Source: Phoronis australis (taxonomy: Eukaryota; Animalia; Phoronida). From it: a DNA stretch of 64,000 bases. Of the stretch, positions 25,111 to 33,670 are shown in pieces; the stretch's first letter is position 1, and the number at the start of each line of letters is the position of its first letter. Under the pieces are notes generated by a model. It did no database searches and was not told where the DNA came from. It saw only the letters and a program-made list of their open reading frames with translations. The position numbers and the translations under genes are program-made. Location: contig NMRA01000065.1 in NCBI GenBank assembly GCA_002633005.1, forward strand, positions 673,066 through 737,065, given 5' to 3'.

Positions 25111-28100
25111 NTATCTGTCAAAAATGAAAGAATGAATAAGGCACTTGATGTCATAGAATCACTGTCTTAATATTCCTTACTTTGAACAGACTTAATTTCC
25201 AATAAAAACATCAAAACTGTCAGAAACTCCAAATGCTTCAGAGTTGTTGGTTTTGACCAACCTTAAAATTGGGAATTTGGAAGTGATGCCTGTCCCCATT
25301 GTCAGTGACTTTACGTGTGGGATCGTTCGGCAACATTTCAAGATTAAATAAGATAAGTGATGTTTCTTATCCCCAAAGCGCTTTGGATATGAAGTCAGCA
25401 ATGACAGGTGAAAAGGCTTTTTAAGCATTACTTTAACAGTGATAGTGCATCTTGTATTCTTTCCTTGCAGAAGTGTAAAGGCTAGTCACATTTTGATCTC
25501 TTCCAATGGTAACGTAGTATTAAGCGGACTACGACACTGCTACCAAATGATCCGTGGCGGCGTCCTCTTGCCTGTCGTACATGACTACCCGGCGGACATT
25601 GAGTCACTAGTCTGGTACAGTCCTGAGTTGTTAGAGCAGGTAGTCTACTTGTTTTTAGAAACCATTCTTAGCTGCCGATGTCATGAGCGTTTAAAACGTA
25701 GTGCGCTTGTTGTTAGCGTACACTTTTTTAATGCCGGTGTTCAAAGTGAAATCTCATCACCACTGTTCGGGTTTACTATCCTTTCAATTTTGCTTTATGC
25801 AACTTTTAAGTGTTTCATAAAAAGCCTTAAAGTCAAACTTTTTGATAACCCCTCGAGCAACAGTGGAGCATTTTAATAACAGTCCTCGCAGACTTTTGGA
25901 GAGTTATGCATTGAATGTATTCAGTTGAAAGTATCTGAAAGTTTCATTCGATTGCAATGGGACATTTCTGAGGTATGACGTTTGGAATTCGTACGTTTTC
26001 CTAGGGTTGCACATAATGTTTAGGTGGCTACAAGAGAACGTAGCCATGTGTATGTGGCCAACGTTTGTGCTTGAAGTTGTTTGTTTTTGCAGAATCTGTC
26101 TGGCTACAACTGCCGCTCTGATATCTACAGCTTGGGTATCACGGGCTGTGAGCTGGGCAATGGCATCGCGCCCTTCTCGGACATGCCTACTACTCAGGTG
26201 AGACCTCGAAACACTTGGGTACCGTCCCTGAGGCATAGAAATTGGGACATATTATGTATGTCCTGTTGTGCTTTAATTTAATTGTAATTTGCTTTTGTGT
26301 GATTTATCCTACCCAGGTTTCCTTCAGGCTAATCCAATTAGAACACATGCAAATTCAATTTCTAAATATGTTAAAAGCATCTGACACTCAGACCACACTG
26401 AAGTCATAAAATGCCAAATGTATTGAAACAATTAGACTGTTAACCTAACTTATTTCTGTCATCGCAAGAGTCTGGTTATTTCAAACAGTTACGAATTGCA
26501 TGCGCACACAGTAATGTTGTTGACTGTTCACTGGACTGGTTGCTATGGTAGATACATGCCTTAAACGCGAATTTTGGGGAATGTCCTAATCTGTTATCGG
26601 GGAATGTCCTAATCTGTTATCGGGGAATGTCCTAATCTGTTATCGACCATTCTTTGTTCACTGTTTTGGTGCAGTGACACAATGTGGCATGAAAAGGCTA
26701 CTTCACATCTGATCATTCAACATACTTGTATTGTGTTTGAATGGTGTTTTCTTGAGTTGCTAAAGCATTGCCAGGATTATATGGATAGTCCAGTAAATTC
26801 AGGATAACAAAAACACATCCAAGAAAGGCTTGAGTTTGGCCTACATCCTCAAAAGGTTTACGATATCTAAAATATTACACTAGTCTCAGAACATGATCTA
26901 AATTCAAACCCTTTATTTTTAAAAAAACAACACATACATATGCATTTACATTTACATATACGTGTGTGTGTGTGTGTCTGTGTGTATAAATTCCATACCA
27001 GCCCATTTCATTATGGCTTGAAGGCAAAAGTCAACCATTTCATTTGAGAAATAGATTTCATGATGCATGGGGTTAGGGTTTGCCTTCCAGTTAGTGCAAA
27101 ATTACTGCACTGTGTATTCTTGTTCTCCGTTTGTTGACAGATGCTTTACGAGAAAATGAGTGGCTGCAGAGCGCGTCTCCTTGACAGCACTACACTGGCA
27201 AACATCAACCTATCACAGGAATTAGGTGAGGTCATTGGATGAGAGGGGATGGAGCCAGCTTGGGGACAGGGGCATGAGCTTTCAGGTTACACTGACTAAC
27301 AAATAAAAAATGCAAAAGCTCATTTTGTATGTATGTAAAGTGGCAGTCTCGTTAAAATATGAAACCTTCAAATTTGATACTATTTTTTGTATAAGAACAA
27401 TGTACATACATGAAAGTAGTGAAATATGATAGTTGCACACTAGTTCCATCTACCTGTCTGACATGCCCCAGGAGGGGTTTGAAGAAATGTCGGAAATGCT
27501 GCGTATACTTTAGAAATTGTTGCTTCGTGACGTTTACCGATGTGTTTGCTCGTAATGTTGTTGCTTGATTGTCCAATAATTGAAGTTTTGATTTAGACCA
27601 CTAGTTTCAGGTTGTGCTTTACTCAGATGTGAAGTGATTTCTTTTTTGAGACGAACTGTTTGTTACTTCTTGAGACACTGTTAGTATCATAAAATGAGGT
27701 GCCGTGACAAGCTTGAAGAGCAAGTGCAAGTCCTTCCCAAGCCCTGAATTCAATTCTGATTTGAGACCAATTTCATTACAGTAACAGATCTAAAGCAACG
27801 GTTATTTTTGTAATGGTAGCTGCTGGTTTATTGCCACTTTAAGACAGAAGTTGTGGTTTGGATTGTAAAATGGGACGTTTTCTCTTAATATTATAATTTG
27901 TGTTTCAGAAAAAACAAATTGACATGCTTTGCCTATAAAGAAAACAAATTTAAAACAGTCATTTTGAGTATTTTCCTATTTTGTGCTCACTTTTCACAGA
28001 CCATGAGTCTAAAGTGTGCAGTTGTTGTGCAGTTTGTGCCTGTTCAATTGCTGTCATTTGCTAATGTCTTGATCGTATTGTGGCCTGTTGTAATTTATGC

Positions 28101-31100
28101 GAAGCAAATTGTGTTCCTTTCTTAAGTTATGACGCTCGACTCTTCGTCTGCTGTTTCACCTCATGCTATTGAATCGTCATTTTGTTTTTCCAGACAACAC
28201 GGGCAATCAAGCTACTAGTGGTGAAGAGAACGGCAAAACAAGTAACGTGTGCGACGACGCCACCGCATTCTACCAATGCAGGACATTTAGTCACCACTTC
28301 CACCACCTGGTGGAGACTTGCTTGGAGCATGACCCCAGGTCAAGGTCAGTGAGTCTTACAGAACGTCATTGTTGGGTCAGTTCTGGGAAAATTGAATGTA
28401 ACAAATTAGGTTCCTAGTCAAATTTTGATTTGATCAGGTAGATGTGTGTAGTGTTACTCTCTACTTGTATGGCTGTCCCATCGCCTCCTCCTCCTACCTG
28501 CTTTAGTTATTCTCTTATAATGACACTTATATGAATCAAAGTTTAGTTTTTTATTAGGGAAGATAGGTTTATTGCCACTTCAATGTATACACCGACACTT
28601 TTATGAGTTAGTAGCATAGTTTGTTGTGCAAATGTCGACTTATGGTTACTTTATCCCTGTTTTATTACTCTCGTGGTTTTTTCTTTTCATCCCGTCTTTT
28701 TCTGTTTGCTGTAATGAACTTCACGACTGTTTAGTGACCATTTTTTCCAAGCGGTTTTGCATAAAAATGTGGCCATAATGTTTCCAATAGAATACGAGTT
28801 TCCTTTAGAAGCCTGTCTCTCATCAGAAGCAGGGGGTTAGAGTTATATTTGCTGACATTAAATGCAGGTGTCCAATACAAACGTTGTTTCCCGTGTTAGT
28901 ATTTTTCTGCTGTTGCCCGCAGTAGTTTTTACCTAAAAAATTAAAATATGAGCACGGCCCCAGAAATCACTTTGCATTACATCCAGGTTCTCATTCATTC
29001 CCTTGCATACATTCACTGGCAAGATCGAGCTCAGAGGAGTTGAAGGCACCTTTGTGCAATGCCCATTGTCAGCCAATGAAACCAGGATTTGAACCCAGGT
29101 CTCCCAGGGAGTCCGGAGCTTAAACCACCAAGTCACACTCTCTCCTCCATTTTTTAGATTTTACCCGATTAATAAATGCCAGGTCTCTAATAAGTGCTGG
29201 CCGTGGTTGCATAAAAGTTACGCGATGGATAGCAGCAACGCCATCACATTATCACGCATCACATTATCACGCATCACATTGGTGTGGGTACAGAAAGTGT
29301 GACATCGCAGTAAAGGGATTGTCTACGACTTTCCACCATCTTGGTTATGACTTTGACCACTTCTTTGTGGGAAATACATTGGGCCAAAAACTGAAAGTGG
29401 AAAATCACCAGTTAAGCTGTGGTTTTAGAAAACACATTTGCTAATCTGTACAGTTCACACGTGCTGTGGCACTAGCTTCAAAATTTAAAAACTTAGTTTT
29501 GTTGAATTTTGCAAGCTTGAACAAATATGTTAGACAGGTGCAAGGGAATAGGCCGCCAGCATATTGTTTGTCTTCAATTTTGAGAGGCTGTAGAGGAGTG
29601 ATGCAATACCTTTCCTTCCCTATTGCTGAACAATGGCATTCAACAATTCAGCCGATAAGTTTTATGCAACCCAGCCCTGTGGCCTGATTCATGGAAAGTG
29701 GCTTTAGACTTAATAAGACAACAATTTGGTGTTGGGCTCCACACAACTGTTTTTGAAAAATAATTAAATGTCCTTTGAGCAAAAATACAGTCTCTGAGAA
29801 TATAAGCATAACTGGTACTTACTGGGATAATTTTTACAAGTTACTTGTAAACCGTGACATGCTAGTAAGTACTTTCTTAATTGCTAAACCTTTTTTTCCG
29901 CAATTGTGAAGTGGGAGTGTAAGACCTGGTTGCAATGTGTAAAATGTGTGTTCGTTACAGACCCTCAGCCAGTCAACTGTTGCAGCACACATTCTTCAAG
30001 CAGACGAGGAAGAGAACCCCCGACCAGCTGCCAGAGCTCTTGCAGCCAGTATCACCCTTGACGGACATAGCAGACAAATTGAGCAAAGGTAGGTGGCAGT
30101 GCCATTAAAGAGACACGTTTGTAGAGTTATAGGGAAATGGTGCAGCTAGTTTCCTTTTAGCAGATGTAGGTGGTACAACCATTGCAGACATGTGGCGAGA
30201 TCAGGGAATTTGTGTAGCAGAGGCAACTAGCGATGGAGAGCTGCGTATCACTGTAATCTGCAGTGATGCATTATAATCTCACCAGTTTTGGAAGCATCAT
30301 GACAGACTGATGCAGTGATGCATTATAATCTCACCAGTTTTGGAAGCATCATGACAGACTGATGCAGTGATGCATTATAATCTCACCAGTTTTGGAAGCA
30401 TCATGACAGACTGATGATACGCTCTCATTTTCTGATAAAAGATAATAAAAGCCGATTTGCAATTAAACCCATTTTCTATTTATGGGTTCCCATTTTTTCA
30501 AAGGCCTTAAAGTTAATTTAAAGACAGTTGTGACCTGCTGGCCCATGGACAATTATTGTGGTTTATGAAGATTGTTCGTAAGCTTTAACATGAAGAGCAT
30601 TTAAGTTTGATACATGGATATTGTATTTGCTATGATATTAAATGCATGTCCGTGTCCAGAATCGCATACAACCATTGGTGCCCACACTCATTGCTGAAAT
30701 GGGCTGTACAACCATTGGTGCCCACACTCTTTGCTGAAATGGGCTGTACAACCATTGGTGCCCACACTCTTTGCTGAAATGGGCTGTACAACCATTGGTG
30801 CCCACACTCTTTGCTGAAATGGGCTGTACAACCATTGGTGCCCACACTCTTTGCTGAAATGGGCTGTACAACCATTGGTGCCCACACTCTTTGCTGAAAT
30901 GGGCTGTACAACCATTGGTGCCCACACTCTTTGCTGAAATGGGCTGTACAACCATTGGTGCCCACACTCTTTGCTGAAATGGGCTGTACAACCATTGGTG
31001 CCCACACTCTTTGCTGAAATGGGCTGTACCATTAGATAATCTTTATAGTATTAAAATCATTAGTGGCATGAAATCTGTGCCCAGGATTTGTCTTTTACTC

Positions 31101-31862
31101 AGTCATACTGGAAATTATGTTAACATTTTCCGTTCTACTTTGGTATGAAGTCGAGATAAGTGTCTATTAATCTGTGCATATTATGGTTTGTGTGGATAAC
31201 CGTCTAATCCTATGTTGCACTTGATGACACCAGCATTAAAGCTCAAAGTTCAAGTCAGAAGTTGAAGTCCTGAGTTTTCACTCAAGTTTGCAGCTTGAAT
31301 CGATGGTCATCACGTGCGAATTTGTACCACACAGTGGTTTGCGTAGTCCATAATATACTGAAGTACTGAATAATAAGTAATTTGTACCACACAGTGGTTT
31401 GCGTAGTCCATAATATACTGAAGTGCTGAATAATAAGTAATTTGTACCACACAGTGGTTTGCGTAGTCCATAATATACTGAAGTACTGAATAATAAGTAA
31501 TTATCTTTTAAAAGTTTGTATTAAAGGAGAACGGAAAGTCCTAAATATATTTTTGAGTTCAATTTTGAGTGGAAAGAGTAGATCCCTGACCAGTACATTT
31601 GTGGAATTCTTTTCTGGGTGAAATTGGCTGGACCTTATTGTGCTTATTCTGTGCATACATCTCAAGCCCATAAACAATGACTGCGCCAAGTGTGCGCTTG
31701 ATTGGGCCTCTCTTGCTGACAATTGTGGTCTGACTCATTTCACGGTGAGTCACTTAGCTTCTTTAATCGTTTGTAGATACAGGTCAGGTGGAACAAGTCA
31801 CAAAACAGATCTCTGTCGCCAGCATACACAGTGAATGGGACTTTGGGGACCTCGAGAGATGA
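18522..31862 (+). CDS. STRAD: STE20-related kinase adapter (STRAD) pseudokinase, LKB1/MO25 partner; multi-exon, N-terminal exon(s) not located
   Basis: Coding exons 18522-18630, 20149-20267, 21756-21864, 22314-22437, 23589-23757 (copy 25471-25639), 24196-24300 (copy 26093-26197), 27141-27225, 28194-28344, 29961-30088, 31777-31862. All are GT-AG and in phase. The product has [83 protein letters not shown] and a C-terminal WDF. Confidence 0.95.
18845..19058. mobile_element. MITE with GGGGCC-type terminal inverted repeats (Harbinger-like)
   Basis: Imperfect TIR GGGGCCTGGTTATCAAAAAG ... TTTAAAAAACTGACCCC; non-coding. Confidence 0.45.
20149..20267 (+). CDS. STRAD: STRAD exon GHGCMNT...[17 protein letters not shown]
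   Basis: tgttgtag acceptor, gtaaga donor; Arg occupies the VAIK lysine position. Confidence 0.92.
20900..21525 (-). mobile_element. Possible internally deleted piggyBac-like remnant
   Basis: Minus ORF 20947-21222 has an acidic N-terminus ([10 protein letters not shown]) and [13 protein letters not shown], similar to the piggyBac F.LFF.DE....IV..TN motif. Short inverted TGTGCCGG near 20903 and 21516. Confidence 0.35.
21756..21864 (+). CDS. STRAD: STRAD exon [22 protein letters not shown]...YAFG
   Basis: ttacag acceptor, G|gtaagt donor. Confidence 0.93.
22314..22437 (+). CDS. STRAD: STRAD exon [11 protein letters not shown]...[12 protein letters not shown]
   Basis: ctacag acceptor, gtaaga donor. 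Confidence 0.93.
23589..23757 (+). CDS. STRAD: STRAD exon [10 protein letters not shown]...SGLR...WYSPELLEQ (copy 1)
   Basis: ttgcag acceptor, gtagtc donor. Confidence 0.92.
24196..24300 (+). CDS. STRAD: STRAD exon [15 protein letters not shown]...MPTTQ (copy 1)
   Basis: ttgcag acceptor, gtgaga donor. Confidence 0.92.
25045..25110. repeat. (TG)n microsatellite
   Basis: About 30 GT units directly before the N. Confidence 0.95.
25471..25639 (+). CDS. STRAD: STRAD exon duplicate (copy 2 of 23589-23757)
   Basis: Same peptide; 3 synonymous differences. Confidence 0.8.
26093..26197 (+). CDS. STRAD: STRAD exon duplicate (copy 2 of 24196-24300)
   Basis: Same peptide; 3 synonymous differences. Confidence 0.8.
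27141..27225 (+). CDS. STRAD: STRAD exon [19 protein letters not shown]...
   Basis: ttgacag acceptor, G|gtgagg donor; resembles STRADA MLLEKLNG..CLLD. Confidence 0.92.
28194..28344 (+). CDS. STRAD: STRAD exon ...[22 protein letters not shown]
   Basis: ttccag acceptor, gtcagt donor. Confidence 0.92.
29198..29680. mobile_element. MITE with TIR GG..GGTTGCATAAAA(G/C)TTA
   Basis: GGCCGTGGTTGCATAAAAGTTA ... TAAGTTTTATGCAACCCAGCCC. Confidence 0.55.
29961..30088 (+). CDS. STRAD: STRAD exon [14 protein letters not shown]...[13 protein letters not shown]
   Basis: ttacag acceptor, G|gtaggt donor. Confidence 0.93.
30259..30415. repeat. Minisatellite, 3 x 52 bp
   Basis: TGCAGTGATGCATTATAATCTCACCAGTTTTGGAAGCATCATGACAGACTGA, three copies. 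Confidence 0.95.
30667..31029. repeat. Minisatellite, 9 x 40 bp
   Basis: TACAACCATTGGTGCCCACACTCTTTGCTGAAATGGGCTG, nine near-perfect copies. Confidence 0.97.
31319..31502. repeat. Minisatellite, 3 x 60 bp
   Basis: AATTTGTACCACACAGTGGTTTGCGTAGTCCATAATATACTGAAGT(A/G)CTGAATAATAAGT, three copies. Confidence 0.95.
31777..31862 (+). CDS. STRAD: STRAD last coding exon ...[12 protein letters not shown]
   Basis: ttgtag acceptor in phase 1; WDF resembles the MO25-binding WEF motif; TGA at 31860-31862. Confidence 0.85.
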
Positions 31863-32329
31863 TGGAATTATTGCGTTTTTCATGTTCTATGCCTTCGAGC
31901 ATTTCTTTATACTGGAAGGCTTCAAAGTCAGTCATAGCTCAGTGCAACTGTGGAATAGGATTCTCATCACCTGACAACCTGGTGCCACTCTGTTTCACAT
32001 TGTGATATTTTGTTATATATAACATTGTTGGATCGTGTCACGTGTCAAGTTGATGTGTTATTTGTGTAACACGTGAAGTTAGACTGGCAAATATGATGGC
32101 ATACCATCACGTGCACAGCTGTGTTGCATACTGATACCTGTCACTACCAGGGTAGGTGAATACACCTTTCAAAACACTGAGAAGAGACAAAGCCAAATCT
32201 CATTTTGCTTGGATCTTGGTCTACAGTGAAGTGCAATACTGAGGATGGAGAATGTGTTCTGGTGCCTGACTCATTTGTTTCCGCTTGTTCACATCATGGG
32301 ATGAGTCTCATCAGTTGGTGGATTCAGTA

Positions 32330-32335
32330 AATAAA
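32330..32335 (+). terminator. Candidate STRAD polyadenylation signal
   Basis: AATAAA about 470 nt after the stop, followed by GT-rich sequence. Confidence 0.45.
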
Positions 32336-32852
32336 TGTAAATATGTTTCATGAATTACAGCTTTGTATGTATTTGCCCAGAATTCAATGAGGTGGGCATT
32401 TTGTTAGTGCCCTGCCAGAAGTTCAAAAACAAAACTGTTGCAGAAGTTTGAGAACATAGGCATATCTGGACTTGGCATGTGGTGTAAAATTGCCCCAACA
32501 TAAGTGTGGACAGATTTTTCCTCTTCAACCCCCTCCTTTCCGGGATAACTTCTGAATTCCATCACCTGGTTGCCCCCAACCCCCCCCTCCCGAATCCTTT
32601 CCCACGCCAGTGGTTCAGTTCTTTATGCTGTATTTCTAGTTTTTCCCAAATTTAGTATCCTGTTACTAAAGGCCTGGTCTCGAAGTGGACTATCAACTTA
32701 CTGCCCGCATTTAATATAGGATCAGAAGCATTACCCTAACCGCATACGCAAATTTACCATATTTGTTATGAAATATCATATACAGTGTAGGTGTTTGTAC
32801 ACTTTCAGTTTGTCACCATTAACAGTCCTTCAAGCTTAGGATTAATATATTA

Positions 32853-33102
32853 CATGCGCGCACCCAGCGGGGTGCTCGAACGAGCCCGCCCCCCCCTCCT
32901 TTGGCGAAGTGGGCAAAAAGGTCCAACTCAGAGAAACAAAAGTCTGAGAAAACGAGACAGAAGTCTACAGGAATTCCCCGCGAATGCACAATTCATAGGT
33001 CTGAAGTAGTGCCTTGTTTTTTAGTCCCCGTTTGTTTTCTGTAAAAGATCCACATACTGGAAATTTCGAGCCCTCCTATACTTTAGGCTGGGTGCGCACA
33101 TG
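32853..33102. mobile_element. ~250-bp MITE, TIR CATGCGCGCACCCAG, 5-bp TSD TATTA
   Basis: TATTA|CATGCGCGCACCCAGC ... GCTGGGTGCGCACATG|TATTA. Confidence 0.75.
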
Positions 33103-33469
33103 TATTACACCCATAGATACTATTTGTTCCATGTTCCCAGTTTGAGCTAAGGTTGACGTGGTCGGATGTCCTGTGGCGCCTATGCCTTTGAGGCCGTTAA
33201 CCATTCAGGATTATTTATCTCGCACTCTTCAACGATTTTCAAGCTAAGTTCAACGCCACATTTGAAGTAGCTACGACAGACTTTATGTTAGGTCGACATA
33301 CCGTATTTTAACACCATAATTACAGGACGCGCGCAACGGGATGGACCATGATGAAAAAGCAGACGAACGCAAAGTCTAGTACTAGCAATAAGTGAATCAC
33401 TATTTCAAATTTAAACAGAACAATAGCCATCATTTGGTAGGGAACTGAGTTGTGAGTTAATTGACGCGT

Positions 33470-33475
33470 TTTATT
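33470..33475 (-). terminator. Candidate polyadenylation signal of the minus-strand repeat gene
   Basis: TTTATT (AATAAA on -) about 60 nt past the stop. Confidence 0.4.
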
Positions 33476-33535
33476 TTTCGATTATATTGTATAAGGGGAT
33501 GCGCAGCTCGTGTTCATTCTGTTGCGTAAGGATCG

Positions 33536-33670
33536 TTAGTGTGGTTTTGATATATTAGTGTTACTTTTCACGAAATGTTTAGCCAGGATCTTCTTCTGTA
33601 TGTGGTTGTCTCGCGCTGGTGTAGGCTTCTTATCTTGCCTCATCACTATTTGTTCGCTGGTGCCACGCGC
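33536..33670 (-). CDS. Repeat/MTBD-like gene, last exon ARGTSEQIVMRQ...KPH*
   Basis: tttcag acceptor in phase 0; continues YQW|ARG. Confidence 0.75.
   Translation of the reverse strand, partial: ARGTSEQIVMRQDKKPTPARDNHIQKKILAKHFVKSNTNISKPH

Larger units (their letters stand above)
23220..26985. repeat. ~1.9-kb direct duplication joined at a single N after (TG)n; probable uncollapsed alleles
   Basis: 23220-25110 versus 25112-26985; both copies end in a (TG)n tract; N at 25111; SNPs and small indels between copies. Confidence 0.85.

Noticed and set aside
23902-26236. Minus-strand ORFs of 145 and 110 aa
   Set aside because: Antisense shadows of STRAD exons, with no independent coding signal.
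30630-31032. Repetitive ORFs in three frames, and a possible CRISPR-like array
   Set aside because: These are products of a 40-bp head-to-tail minisatellite with no spacers, in a eukaryotic intron with no cas genes.
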